This document shows, piece after piece, positions 19,542-29,896 of a DNA stretch of 64,000 nt. Each line of letters starts with the position of its first letter. The first letter of the stretch is position 1. The notes below the pieces were generated by a model. The model did not search any database. It was given only the letters and a program-made list of their open reading frames with translations, and was not told the origin of the DNA. The DNA comes from Burkholderiales bacterium (lineage in GTDB: Bacteria; Pseudomonadota; Gammaproteobacteria; Burkholderiales; Usitatibacteraceae), in contig JANYBL010000057.1 in NCBI GenBank assembly GCA_025360815.1, positions 141 through 64,140 of the forward strand, read 5' to 3'. The position numbers and the translations under genes were made by a program.

Positions 19542-22289
19542 ATGCTGACGTCCCCCCATGAACCCGCTGCGGGCGCAAATGCCCACGCTGCCCCAGCCTG
19601 GGTTACGCCTGCAAAGTTGGCTGGCTGGTTTCTTGCCGCGTGCATCGGCTATGTGTCGCTGTGTCAATTTTCGAATGCCATTGTTGCGGCGTCAACGAGT
19701 GCGTCACCTGTTTGGTTTGCTGACGGTTGGGCGCTTGGTATTTATATGCTCGCGAGCCGGCGTGCGGGCGGGTTATTGCCTCGCTTGGCGGTATTGGTTG
19801 GGATCTTTTTGGCGAATGCTATTTATGCCATTCCGGCGCTGCGGGATGGTGACCAGATCAATTTTGTGCTGATCGGTTCGTTGGTGAACGTAATGCAAGC
19901 TGGCATGGCAGGCGAAATTTTGAATGCCGTTCGCAAGCGATCCACGCATTGGCTACCGGCGCGTCGCTTAAGTTTTTTTTTGCTGATTTGCGTGGTGCTG
20001 GTGAACGCCTTCGCGGCTTCGCTATCGGCAGCAGGTGCTGCGGTCACGATCAATATTGATTTTGTTGAAGAGTTTTGGACGACGTTAATTTCTGACGGGT
20101 TGGGCATCATGATCATGGTGCCGCTGATGATGGCTTGTGCGCGACATTGGCAAGAAAAACATATGAATCAATTGCGATACTCGTGGCCGGAAATCGTGGT
20201 CATGCTTGCGTGTCTTTCTGCAGCGACCTGGTGGGCTTATTCGCGGCCACCGGAAATCAACGGGCTGACGCCGCCGTATTTCTATATCGGCTTGCCATTT
20301 TTGTTGTGGTCCGCCATTCGCTTGGGCACACGGGCAACCACGTTTGCGCTATTGATTTACAGCACGATTGCTGTTTATTTCACATCGCACCAGTTGGGGC
20401 CGTTTATGGATGGCTTCGCGACGCCGGTCGGTGCGATTCTCCGGCTGCAACAGTTCCTGCTGGTTTTTGTTGCAGCCTTGTTGGTGACGATGGCGATCCT
20501 GATGGAACGCGCCGCTTTGCTGCGTGAAAAATTTGATTTAGAACGCCGAAATAACGCGGCGCTGCGTGCGGGAAACACATTGATTTTTGAAATCGTACAG
20601 CGCACAAATCAGATTGATTGGACTGGCGATACTGTCGGATTGCTAGGCGTTGCCAAAAGCGAAATCAGCCAACCCCGGGATTGGGTTGTTCGAATTCATC
20701 CGGATGACCGGCCGCGAATTTTAGGCACGCGGGCGAAATTATTGTCGGGAGAATGGCCAGCTGCGGAGCTGGAATATCGCGTCCGGCGCGGCGATCTCGC
20801 GCCGGCAGCAGACAACACGATAGGTTACAAAAAAACAGACGATAGAAAAACCGCCAACCCAACATCCAGCACTATTCATAAAACAGATTATGTGACCGTT
20901 GCTGTCAATGCGTTTGCGCATAAAACCCGACTTGAAGATGGCCGAATCGAGCATCGCGTGATTGGTTTTGTGAAAGACGTCACCGATAAGAAGCAAGAAG
21001 ATGCCGTGCGCCGCCGCTTAGAGATTGAATTGCGCCAAGCGCAGAAGATGGAAGCGATTGGCCAGCTTGCCGGAGGCATTGCCCATGATTTTAATAATAT
21101 TTTGGCATCCATCATTGGCTACGGTGAAATGGCACGCAACAACGCGACTAACGGCACGCCGATGGCACGGCATCTGGATGCCGTGCTGAAAGCCGGCGAG
21201 CGCGGTCGGGTATTGGTTTCGCAAATTTTGACGTTTAGCCGCATAACGCCGGACAAAAAACAAGTTGTTGATATTGTCGATCTCACTGATGAAATCGTTT
21301 TGTTACTGCGCGGCTCTACCCCGCATACCATTGCGTTTAACCGTAACGAAACGGATGGCGATCGCGGCCGCTATCCGGCGCATCGCCGCGAAGCTATAAA
21401 TGTGTTGGGCAACGCAACCGAGCTACATCAGCTCATTATGAATCTTGCGACAAACGGCTTACAGGCGATGCCAGATTCTGGCGCATTAACCATTGCCATG
21501 GATAAGCAACGATTAACTGCACCCAAAGTCGTGTTGCAAGGCCAGCTCAGGCCCGGAGACTACGTCACGATTGCCGTTTCCGATCAGGGTTCCGGTATTG
21601 ATGATGCGACCAAAAGTCGCATGTTTGAGCCTTTTTTCACCACCAAGCCAACTGGCAAAGGAACCGGATTAGGACTCTCGATTGCCATGTCGGTGGCAAA
21701 AGCGCACGGCGGCGGGATCGATGTGGAGAGTCATGCATCTATCCATCGGCCCACCCATTTAACAACTGCCGACCGCAATACGCTTGGTACGACCTTTACG
21801 GCGTATCTCCCCATTTTTAGCGCTGCGGCGTCCGGCGTGCGGGATGCTGGCGCTGCGAATGCCGTCCTAGGCGAATCCGCATCATCCGCAACAACAGCCC
21901 ACAGCGTAGTGCGCGGTAACGATCAGTGTATTTTGCTTGTTGACGACGAAGCGCCTATGCGCGAAATGGCGGCAGAAATCCTCGCATCTCTTGGTTATCA
22001 AAGCGTGAGCTACGAGTCGAGTGCCGAAGCTCTTGCTGCTTTTGTGCGGCAGCCAGATCGGTTTGACGCGGTTCTGACCGATGAAGTCATGCCCGAGCTC
22101 GCCGGGACTGAGCTCGCCAAACGTATCCACGCCGTCAAGCCAGAAGTGCCGATATTTATTATTACCGGGTATGGCGGCCTTGGCTTCGAGCTACGGGCGC
22201 AAGAGGCGGGTATCGCACGCATTCTGCGTAAGCCCTACGAAGCGCATGAGCTGGCCGAGGTGCTGGCGAACGCATTTTCAGTCGGCTGA
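19542..22289 (+). CDS. Hybrid sensor histidine kinase (MASE1-like membrane domain, PAS, HisKA, HATPase, receiver)
   Basis: 915 aa. The N-terminal ~300 aa are multi-TM. The H-box is [11 protein letters not shown] and the G-boxes are DQGSGI...GTGLGLS. The C-terminal receiver reads ILLVDDE...[12 protein letters not shown]...KPY. Confidence 0.85.
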   Translation: MLTSPHEPAAGANAHAAPAWVTPAKLAGWFLAACIGYVSLCQFSNAIVAASTSASPVWFADGWALGIYMLASRRAGGLLPRLAVLVGIFLANAIYAIPALRDGDQINFVLIGSLVNVMQAGMAGEILNAVRKRSTHWLPARRLSFFLLICVVLVNAFAASLSAAGAAVTINIDFVEEFWTTLISDGLGIMIMVPLMMACARHWQEKHMNQLRYSWPEIVVMLACLSAATWWAYSRPPEINGLTPPYFYIGLPFLLWSAIRLGTRATTFALLIYSTIAVYFTSHQLGPFMDGFATPVGAILRLQQFLLVFVAALLVTMAILMERAALLREKFDLERRNNAALRAGNTLIFEIVQRTNQIDWTGDTVGLLGVAKSEISQPRDWVVRIHPDDRPRILGTRAKLLSGEWPAAELEYRVRRGDLAPAADNTIGYKKTDDRKTANPTSSTIHKTDYVTVAVNAFAHKTRLEDGRIEHRVIGFVKDVTDKKQEDAVRRRLEIELRQAQKMEAIGQLAGGIAHDFNNILASIIGYGEMARNNATNGTPMARHLDAVLKAGERGRVLVSQILTFSRITPDKKQVVDIVDLTDEIVLLLRGSTPHTIAFNRNETDGDRGRYPAHRREAINVLGNATELHQLIMNLATNGLQAMPDSGALTIAMDKQRLTAPKVVLQGQLRPGDYVTIAVSDQGSGIDDATKSRMFEPFFTTKPTGKGTGLGLSIAMSVAKAHGGGIDVESHASIHRPTHLTTADRNTLGTTFTAYLPIFSAAASGVRDAGAANAVLGESASSATTAHSVVRGNDQCILLVDDEAPMREMAAEILASLGYQSVSYESSAEALAAFVRQPDRFDAVLTDEVMPELAGTELAKRIHAVKPEVPIFIITGYGGLGFELRAQEAGIARILRKPYEAHELAEVLANAFSVG

Positions 22290-22687
22290 AAGCGCCGCCC
22301 TCGCGTCACCGTCCCCGTCACCGTCCCCCGCCCTCCCGTCCCCTGTCCTGTTGTTCCCAACTTTTCCCCCGACGCAAAATCGTACGAAAATTTTCAAGGT
22401 TCGGGCTAAGTTACAAAGGTTTGCACAACTGAAATCGTCGGTAATTTAGCCAATCCCGCCCATCGCGCGGGAGCCTGCATTCCAAACCCCAGCACTGGCG
22501 CGGCGTTCGGAGGTGTTCTCGGTGAGGTTCGGACAATTCCGCACCCAATCCGGACGGTCAGTGTCGGGCATTTGATTACAACCGTAACAATCCAACGCCG
22601 GATTGACATTGACAGGTAGCGGCGTCCCGTAAGAATTACGTCAGTCTTATAAAACGTGACTTTTATTCGTATTACGCGGAAGCCGCT

Positions 22688-24139
22688 ATGCCGAGCATGC
22701 TCAACAAATCCATTCAACCACTGAAGCCAAAATCCAACAGCGCTGCTATTGCCAACGCGGGTACCAACGTCGATGCGCGCACCACGCTGGCCTCTGGACT
22801 CAATCGGATCTTTGCCGGCCTGCCCAGAGGTCGTGGCTGGACAACCTTCCCGTTTAATACCCTCACGCTGTCATCGGCCTTCCAGCCCATACTCGGTGTG
22901 GCGGAACAAAACTGCGTCGGCTATGAAGGCTTGCTCCGCGCGCACAATATGACCGGCCAGCCTATCAACCCAGAGACCGTGTTCGCATTGTCGGCAAACC
23001 ATCAGGACGAGTTATTTCTCGATTGGTTGTGCCGTGGTCTGCACATGCGAAATTTTGCGAATTTGGCAAACCTTGAGAGCGAGCGTGGCCTTATTTTTAT
23101 CAACGCCTATCCCGAAGCTGCCGTTGAGGATCCGCATCACCCGGAAGTATTCGCCGATATGATCTCATTCTACGGCGTCCATCCGAGCAATATCGTGGTC
23201 GAAATTTTGGAAACCGGGGTCTCTGATGAAGCGCATTTGGTGGATGCCGTAAACCTCTACCGCAAGATCGGCTGCAAAATCGCTATCGATGATTTCGGTA
23301 TCGGATTTTCAAATTTTGATCGCCTGTGGCGCTTGCGCCCTGATCTCGTCAAGATTGATCGCACGGTAATCCAAACCGCAACCCGCGACCACCACGCCCG
23401 CTTGGTGCTTTGCAATATGGTAAAGCTGATTCACGATTGCGGCGCGAAAGTAGTGATCGAGGGCATCGAGGAACGCGCCGAAGCGATCGTCGCCGTCGCT
23501 GCAGGCGCCGATTATTTACAGGGCTTTTACTTTGGGCGTCCCGATCAAACCACCATGTCGCCGGTCTTGTGTCAAAGTATTTTCACCAGCCTGAACGACG
23601 CGATTAATGAACCCCAATATGCCACCGAAAGCATCGAAGGGTTAACGCAGCCCGCCCTCAATCAATACCGCGATTTAATGGTTGATGCGGCAAATGCGAT
23701 TGGGAAGCAAATTGAATTTGCCGATGCAACAGCTGCTTTTTTGACGATGCCGCAGGCGGCGCGGGTTTACTTGATGCGCGGCGAAGATGTCAGCACCGAC
23801 AACAACGACAGCACCGACCAATCCATCGGCCGGATTATGGTCGATATGATTGAAGACGAAGACTTGGCTAACGTGGCCGCGCCACATTCAGTCGGCGCGC
23901 AGCTAAAACAAATCTTGAAACACGCACTAGCCGAGCCATCGGTCGTAAAAGTAAATGCATCCTTGGTGAATACAGATCGTGGCGCCAAACTACCCCATGT
24001 CCGCACCGTCACACTGTCATACGGCTTTGCTCAGCTAGGCATACCGATGGTGTTATGCGGCGACATCCTTGTGCATAAATCGCGGCCCTCACCGGCTGCC
24101 ATAGCGATGCCGGTTGTCCTAGGTAACGATTTGACTTAA
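22688..24139 (+). CDS. EAL-domain protein (probable c-di-GMP phosphodiesterase) with an uncharacterised ~190-aa C-terminal domain
   Basis: The EAL signatures are present: FQPI...GYEGLLR, INAYP, EILE, DDFGIGFSN, KIDR, EGIE and QGFYFGRP. I could not assign the C-terminal third to any family. Confidence 0.8.
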   Translation: MPSMLNKSIQPLKPKSNSAAIANAGTNVDARTTLASGLNRIFAGLPRGRGWTTFPFNTLTLSSAFQPILGVAEQNCVGYEGLLRAHNMTGQPINPETVFALSANHQDELFLDWLCRGLHMRNFANLANLESERGLIFINAYPEAAVEDPHHPEVFADMISFYGVHPSNIVVEILETGVSDEAHLVDAVNLYRKIGCKIAIDDFGIGFSNFDRLWRLRPDLVKIDRTVIQTATRDHHARLVLCNMVKLIHDCGAKVVIEGIEERAEAIVAVAAGADYLQGFYFGRPDQTTMSPVLCQSIFTSLNDAINEPQYATESIEGLTQPALNQYRDLMVDAANAIGKQIEFADATAAFLTMPQAARVYLMRGEDVSTDNNDSTDQSIGRIMVDMIEDEDLANVAAPHSVGAQLKQILKHALAEPSVVKVNASLVNTDRGAKLPHVRTVTLSYGFAQLGIPMVLCGDILVHKSRPSPAAIAMPVVLGNDLT

Positions 24140-24241
24140 CCAAAAATTGACATTCAAGTCGGCGCGGACGAATCAATTCTTACGTCCCGTCATTACCGTC
24201 CCTATGGTCGCAGGTTATAGCATGGCTTGCGATCACTTCGG

Positions 24242-24275
24242 CCCGTCAGCAGGCAACTTCTGGCGGGTCTTTTTT
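24242..24275 (+). terminator. Rho-independent terminator after the EAL gene
   Basis: cccgtcag (24242-24249) pairs with ctggcggg (24260-24267), including one G-U pair. tctttttt follows. Confidence 0.65.
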
Positions 24276-24301
24276 GTGCGTTGTGCACGGATGCGTTCGG
24301 C

Positions 24302-25807
24302 CTATCGCGCGTAAACCCAGGCCAGTAGGGCGTCTTGAGCCGGTTGCGTCAACAGTGCGTTGGGATGATTAACGATCATTACAACCACCCAGCGGCGGTT
24401 GTTTTGGTCCAGCACAAAGCCCGCCATCGCCCGGGAATCATTGAGTGTGCCGCCTTTAATATGCGCTTGTCCGGCAATGGCATCGCTTCTACCGCGGCGT
24501 CGCAGCGTGCCGTCCACCCCGAGCAGCGGCATTGAGGAAATAAATTCGGGCATCACGCTGGATCGAAACGCCGCCTCCAGCATCGCACTTAGCGTCGCGG
24601 CGCTCGTCCGTTCAATACGTGAAAGCCCTGAGCCATTTTCAAATACGAGTTCCGGCGCTGCAATCCCTTTTTTGTTGAGCCATTCTTTGATGATGTCTGC
24701 TGAGCGAGACGCGTTCGCCGGGGGCAACATTTTTTCGGCTGAAATGGTCAAGAATAGCTGCCGTGCCATTACGTTATTTGAAAACTTATTGATGTCCCGC
24801 ACAACCTCAGCCAGTGGCGGCGATTCGCTTGCGGTCAGCAGTGTCGCGTCCAGCGGCGCGGCTTGGATTTTGACTGCGCCATCCCATTTTCCGCCGACCT
24901 CCTTCCATAGGGTGGCAAACACGCCGCCGACAAATCTGGCGTGATCAAGTAGCGAAATACTCCACCCACTCTCGCCACATTTTTTCGGATAGCTGCCGGT
25001 AAACGATACTGTTAATTGTGTCGGCGTTGCTGACTGCACATCGAGCAAAATATGATCACGCCAGTCTCCGCAAGCGGCATCGCTTAAGCGCATCCGGTTT
25101 ACAATTTCTAACTGCACCGGTTTTAGATCCGGCGAAATCAGCACGGACTTGCTGTCCAAGGACGGCGCGAACGTAAACCGCACCGTTTTAAAATTGAGCA
25201 GCAGCGCATCCGCGCCGACGTTGTAAGCCTTGAGCGGTTCGCCGTCAAATTTTGCCGGATCAAAATTGATGGGTTCGAAAAAGGTTTTATCGAGAATCAA
25301 ATCACCTTTGATGGTGGTGATGCCACGCTCGTGAAGTTGTTTGAGCAGCTGCCGAAACCGCTCAGCCGTCAGCTTCGGGTCGCCTACACCTTTCAACACC
25401 AAGTCGCCCTTCAAGGTGCCGCTCCGTATCTCACCGGCGGCATAAATTTCCGTTTTCCAAACGTAGGCTGGGCCGAGAAGTTCCAATCCAGCGTAAGTGG
25501 TGAAGAGCTTCATCACCGAGGCTGGGTTCATCGGTTTGGCAGGGTTCAGCGAAACGAGCGCGTCTTTTGCGCCCACTTCCTTGACGACAATTGCTACGCT
25601 CTCGAGCGGGACATTGGCGCGCGTAAAAATTTCCGTGACGGATGCGGGAAGCGATGTGGGCAGCGATGTTGGCAAAGGTGCAGGCTGCAATGAAGACACC
25701 GCAGCGGGAACTTGCGCTTTAAGCGATGATGCCGACAGACTCAGCGCGAGGCATAAAAAAACGATGCCACAACCTAGCGGCGTGGATCGGGTGCTAAAGC
25801 AAAACAT
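24302..25807 (-). CDS. dacB: D-alanyl-D-alanine carboxypeptidase/endopeptidase (PBP4 family)
   Basis: The SxxK motif is NPASVMKLFT and KGGTL lies near the C-terminus. The start at MFCFSTRS (25807) gives a signal peptide and avoids overlap with bioA. Confidence 0.8.
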   Translation of the reverse strand: MFCFSTRSTPLGCGIVFLCLALSLSASSLKAQVPAAVSSLQPAPLPTSLPTSLPASVTEIFTRANVPLESVAIVVKEVGAKDALVSLNPAKPMNPASVMKLFTTYAGLELLGPAYVWKTEIYAAGEIRSGTLKGDLVLKGVGDPKLTAERFRQLLKQLHERGITTIKGDLILDKTFFEPINFDPAKFDGEPLKAYNVGADALLLNFKTVRFTFAPSLDSKSVLISPDLKPVQLEIVNRMRLSDAACGDWRDHILLDVQSATPTQLTVSFTGSYPKKCGESGWSISLLDHARFVGGVFATLWKEVGGKWDGAVKIQAAPLDATLLTASESPPLAEVVRDINKFSNNVMARQLFLTISAEKMLPPANASRSADIIKEWLNKKGIAAPELVFENGSGLSRIERTSAATLSAMLEAAFRSSVMPEFISSMPLLGVDGTLRRRGRSDAIAGQAHIKGGTLNDSRAMAGFVLDQNNRRWVVVMIVNHPNALLTQPAQDALLAWVYAR

Positions 25808-25814
25808 GCGGCCC

Positions 25815-27194
25815 TTAAAGCAATCCATTGTTTTCCATTTCGTCAATCACGTCCAATGTTTGTTTGACCAGCCAACCGAACGCATCGTCTTCTAAAATAT
25901 ACGGCGGCATGAAATAAACAGTGGTACCAATTGGCCGCAGTAGCGCGCCGCGTTTTAAACTGCGAGCGAAAAACTCACGGGCAAATGTGGGGGCTTTAGT
26001 CTCAACATCAAACGCGAAAATCATGCCGCATTGCCGAAAGTTTTTCACCTGCGGATGTTCAATAATCGGCGTAATCAACGCAAGCCAGCGATCGGCTTTT
26101 GCGTGATTCTTCGCAATGATGTTGTCCGATGCAAAAATATCCAGTGTCGCTAACGCCGCGCGACAGGCCAAGGCGCTACCCGTGTAGGAATGCGAATGCA
26201 AAAACCCCCGCGTGCTGTCGTCATCATAAAACGCAGCGTAAATTTCGTCGGTCGTCAGTACACAAGACAGCGGCAAATAGCCGCCGGTGATGCCTTTCGA
26301 TAAGCATATCAAGTCGGGCGTGATGTTCGCTTGCTCACAGGCAAACATCGTCCCCGTGCGGCCAAAACCGGTCATGATTTCATCGGCAATAAAATGGATG
26401 TTGTATCGCGTGCAAAGCGCGCGGGCTTGTTGTAAATACGCCGGGTGATACATGCGCATGCCGGCCGCACCTTGCACCAACGGTTCGACGATGAACGCGG
26501 CAATTTCATCATGCCGCTCCGCAAACAGTTTTTCAAGTCGATCACTAGCATCCACGGTGCATTCGGGGCAACATTGCCCCAAAACGCCCGCCAATGCTTG
26601 GGTTTTGTTTTTATTCGAAGGGGCTGCGGGGAACGGCGCTGATAAGTTATTGTTCAACAACGGCCCATATGCATCACGAAAAATTGCCACGTCGGTCACA
26701 GCCAGCGCGCCCAATGTTTCACCGTGGTAGCTACCTTCCAAGCTGACGAATTTCTGTTTGCGTGGTTTGCCGGTATTGCGCCAAAAATGAAAGCTCATTT
26801 TAAGCGCGATCTCCACCGCGCTTGCGCCATCGCTGCCATAGAACGCATGACCTAGGCCGGTTAGTTTGCCCAAGCGTTCTGACAATTCGACGACCGGCTC
26901 GTGGGTGAAGCCCGCAAGCATCGCATGCTCCAACTTGCCCAGTTGGTCGATGAGTGCCGCATTGATGCGCGGGTTGGCATGGCCAAACAAATTCACCCAC
27001 CAGGAGCTGACGGCATCCAAATAGCGACTGCCGTCCGCGTCAATAAGCCAAACACCGTCACCGCGCGTGAGAGCCACGAGCGGAAACTGCTCATGGTGCT
27101 TCATCTGCGTACACGGATGCCACACACTAGTGATTGAACGGTTCACTAAATCAATATTTTTTGCACCGTTACTGCTGTCGGCCATTGCGTTCAA
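25815..27194 (-). CDS. bioA: Adenosylmethionine-8-amino-7-oxononanoate aminotransferase
   Basis: 459-aa class-III aminotransferase. Motifs: VWHPCTQMK, SSWWVNLFGH, FIADEIMTGFGRTG and the PLP lysine context ICLSKGITGG. Confidence 0.85.
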   Translation of the reverse strand: MNAMADSSNGAKNIDLVNRSITSVWHPCTQMKHHEQFPLVALTRGDGVWLIDADGSRYLDAVSSWWVNLFGHANPRINAALIDQLGKLEHAMLAGFTHEPVVELSERLGKLTGLGHAFYGSDGASAVEIALKMSFHFWRNTGKPRKQKFVSLEGSYHGETLGALAVTDVAIFRDAYGPLLNNNLSAPFPAAPSNKNKTQALAGVLGQCCPECTVDASDRLEKLFAERHDEIAAFIVEPLVQGAAGMRMYHPAYLQQARALCTRYNIHFIADEIMTGFGRTGTMFACEQANITPDLICLSKGITGGYLPLSCVLTTDEIYAAFYDDDSTRGFLHSHSYTGSALACRAALATLDIFASDNIIAKNHAKADRWLALITPIIEHPQVKNFRQCGMIFAFDVETKAPTFAREFFARSLKRGALLRPIGTTVYFMPPYILEDDAFGWLVKQTLDVIDEMENNGLL

Positions 27195-27204
27195 ATCATC
27201 ATTT

Positions 27205-27621
27205 CTAATACGTCATGCAAGCGGCATTCAAAATGCCCGCTGCAATCGAAATCGCGCCAAGAAAAAATCCAGATGCTTGCTTCCCGGCAGGAATGTCTTG
27301 GGCGATATGCGGCAAGGCGATTCGCGCCACCACAAATACCAGCAACTGAATACCGAGCGCGATGAAACCCCAGATCGCCATGTCGACCGGATTGACACTA
27401 AATTCAATCGCATTCGCGAGCGGAATCGCCATGCCGATCAGCGTGCCTGATAAGCTAAACGCCGCCGCCATATTGCCCTCGCGGATCAAGCCAATTTCAC
27501 GATACGGCGTGATGCGGACATAGATTGCAATGAATACCGCCAACAACGTGGCGGCAATGACGAGGTAAATTAAAAAATCATCAAAGCCGGTAAATGATTC
27601 CATTATTTCTTGTTTGAACAT
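27205..27621 (-). CDS. DUF350 (YjfL-like) small membrane protein
   Basis: 138 aa with four predicted TM segments. It lies next to a glutathionylspermidine-synthase-like gene, as in E. coli yjfKLMC. Confidence 0.7.
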   Translation of the reverse strand: MFKQEIMESFTGFDDFLIYLVIAATLLAVFIAIYVRITPYREIGLIREGNMAAAFSLSGTLIGMAIPLANAIEFSVNPVDMAIWGFIALGIQLLVFVVARIALPHIAQDIPAGKQASGFFLGAISIAAGILNAACMTY

Positions 27622-27642
27622 GGTGGCTCCTTGAATACAACA

Positions 27643-28806
27643 TTAAACAAAATAATGCGGCAAAAAACGGCTTGTGTTTTTCGTCACCGATGATTCATCT
27701 TCGCGAATACCAATCCCGGCGGGCTCGTCGCCAATGATCCACGAGCCAATTACCATGTAATTATCCGCACCACCGTCTCGAAAATTTGGTACCGGATGAA
27801 ACGCTTGATAGATAAAACCTTCTGCACCATAGACGCCGGGAGTCGCGATTTCCCGGTTGCCCGTTTTGATCGTAACATTCCCGCCCTCGCGAGAGAGCAG
27901 CGGCTTTTTGACAAAATCAGTGACAAATTTTTGCGGCTCAAAAAAAGCTGGCAACAAGTTTGGATGATCGGGATAAAGTTCCCACAAAATTGGCAAAATT
28001 GCTTTATTCGCCAAGAGCATTTTCCATGCAGGCTCAATCACGCGCATCGCGCTGTCGAGTAGATTCATGCCGAAGGCTTCCCGCACCATCCACTCCCAGG
28101 GATAGAGCTTGAATAGCGCTTTAATTTCTGTGTTGTTACTATCGGCAAATTTTTTGGCAACCGAATCCCAGCCGATGTCGGCGATGTCAATGAACGGTGC
28201 GTTAAGCCCGGCTTGCATGGCCACATCGCAGAGATAATCAAGGTTGCCCACATCTTCTTCGCTATCGCCTACGCAGCTGAAGTGGATGGTATTCGCGTTC
28301 AGTCCCGCGCCTATCTCTGCTTTTATTTCTTTAAATCGCTCAATCATCTTTTCGTGCAGGCTGTTGAACTGATCGGCATCCGGCTTGACGTCTTTTAGCC
28401 AATACCATTGGGCGACACTCGCCTCGATCAACGAGGTCGGCGTATCGGCGTTGTATTCAAGCATTTTGGGTGCGCTTGAGCTTGCCAAGCCTGCATTCCA
28501 TGAGAAATCAAAACGCCCAAAAAATGTCGCTTCATCATTGTTCCAAGATTGCTCAATCATTGGAATAAACGCGGGCGGAATCGCAAACAAGTGATACAAA
28601 TTTTTATCGATCACGTATTGGGCCGCCGCAAGGCACATCTCGTGGCATGCGGCAGTCGCCGCTTCGAGCGTATCGATCTCGGCGGCGGTAAATGCATAAC
28701 AAGCCCGCTCGTCCCAGTAAATGCCGTCAATTGAATGAAAGCCGAAACCTAACGCTTCCATTTTGGCAGGCCAGTCGGGGCGCGGGATGAGGTTTTCGCG
28801 CTTCAT
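27643..28806 (-). CDS. Glutathionylspermidine synthase-family ATP-grasp ligase (YgiC/YjfC-like, no amidase domain)
   Basis: 387 aa. RPDW...GF.FH, LEYNADTPTSLIEASVAQWYWL and DQFNSLHEKMIERF match the YgiC/YjfC pattern. Confidence 0.85.
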   Translation of the reverse strand: MKRENLIPRPDWPAKMEALGFGFHSIDGIYWDERACYAFTAAEIDTLEAATAACHEMCLAAAQYVIDKNLYHLFAIPPAFIPMIEQSWNNDEATFFGRFDFSWNAGLASSSAPKMLEYNADTPTSLIEASVAQWYWLKDVKPDADQFNSLHEKMIERFKEIKAEIGAGLNANTIHFSCVGDSEEDVGNLDYLCDVAMQAGLNAPFIDIADIGWDSVAKKFADSNNTEIKALFKLYPWEWMVREAFGMNLLDSAMRVIEPAWKMLLANKAILPILWELYPDHPNLLPAFFEPQKFVTDFVKKPLLSREGGNVTIKTGNREIATPGVYGAEGFIYQAFHPVPNFRDGGADNYMVIGSWIIGDEPAGIGIREDESSVTKNTSRFLPHYFV

Positions 28807-29369
28807 AGCAATTTGTACATATAGGTTGTTGGCACATGTGTCGACGCTTGGCCGGGGATCGTTGCCAGCGCAAAATTCGGAATCACACCGGCCGCTTGAT
28901 AGCCCAGTGTCGCGTAAAGCCGCTGCCCGCCACTGTTGGTTTCGGTATCGAGCACCAGCAAAGTGCGGCTTCGCGCCATGGCGACACGTTCAATCGCGAG
29001 CATTAAATCGCCACCCAAGCCGCGACGGCGTGCAGCACGATGCACCAACACCTTTTGCACCTCACCACGGTGCATGCCGTTCGGCTTCATCGACAACGCC
29101 AGTTGTGCCGAGCCGACAATTTGCCCCGCGTGTTCCGCCACCAATAAAATAAGTGAATCATGTCGTGCATCGGCAAAAACACCCTGCCAATATTGTTCGA
29201 GCAACGGTTCAGCCACCGGCAGCACATAGCCAACCGACGCGCCACCCTCGACCGCATCGCGCAACAAATCGCACAGCTGGGTTTGCAACGCGGCGTTTCC
29301 CAGCTCCGATTGCGTTACTTGCCGAATCGCCGTTATTTCCGCCGTCTCTGGCATCTGCGCTGCTGTCAT
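28803..29369 (-). CDS. GNAT-family N-acetyltransferase
   Basis: 188 aa with the acetyl-CoA motif VHRAARRRGLGGDLM (Q/RxxGxG/A). It overlaps the downstream ligase gene by 4 nt. Confidence 0.8.
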   Translation of the reverse strand: MTAAQMPETAEITAIRQVTQSELGNAALQTQLCDLLRDAVEGGASVGYVLPVAEPLLEQYWQGVFADARHDSLILLVAEHAGQIVGSAQLALSMKPNGMHRGEVQKVLVHRAARRRGLGGDLMLAIERVAMARSRTLLVLDTETNSGGQRLYATLGYQAAGVIPNFALATIPGQASTHVPTTYMYKLL

Positions 29370-29372
29370 GCG

Positions 29373-29750
29373 TTAACCCGATGCCGAGTGGCCGCTGGCG
29401 GCACTCGAACCAAAACCACCCCGGCTAACGGTCGACGAGCCAATGGTTTTGCCGGAACGGGAGGGTGAACCTGAATCTGTAAAAGAGTATGGGCGGCCGT
29501 AGTAATGGGTGACGGTAGGGTTGCCCGTGCGGCGATCATAGGCGGGCTCGCAATCGGCCGGCGTGTGCCCCCAATCGGCCAAGCAATCTTGTTTGCTGGC
29601 GTAAACATCGCGGCGAATTTCTTCTTTGCCGCATCCGCTCAGGGTGGCGGCAACGGTTGCCGCGCCGATGAATACCAACGTGATCTGTGAACTGGATTTA
29701 CGCACTCTTTTTAGCATCGACATTCTTCCCTTGAAAAACCGATTGCTCAT
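29373..29750 (-). CDS. DUF1190 (YjfM-like) lipoprotein
   Basis: A basic N-terminus is followed by a TM segment and the lipobox ATLSGCG. The tail is Gly/Ser-rich. Alternative Met starts lie at 29723 and 29717. Confidence 0.65.
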   Translation of the reverse strand: MSNRFFKGRMSMLKRVRKSSSQITLVFIGAATVAATLSGCGKEEIRRDVYASKQDCLADWGHTPADCEPAYDRRTGNPTVTHYYGRPYSFTDSGSPSRSGKTIGSSTVSRGGFGSSAASGHSASG

Positions 29751-29896
29751 ATTACGCGAATTGCTGCTGAGGAAGCTCAGATTAAGTCTAGTTCTAAACC
29801 AGACTAGGCGTGGGTGTAAACATTTCGCCGCCGTCTATGTTTGATATACAAGGAGAAATTTTTACACTCGTCACAACGTAGGGTGACGAAATTGAC

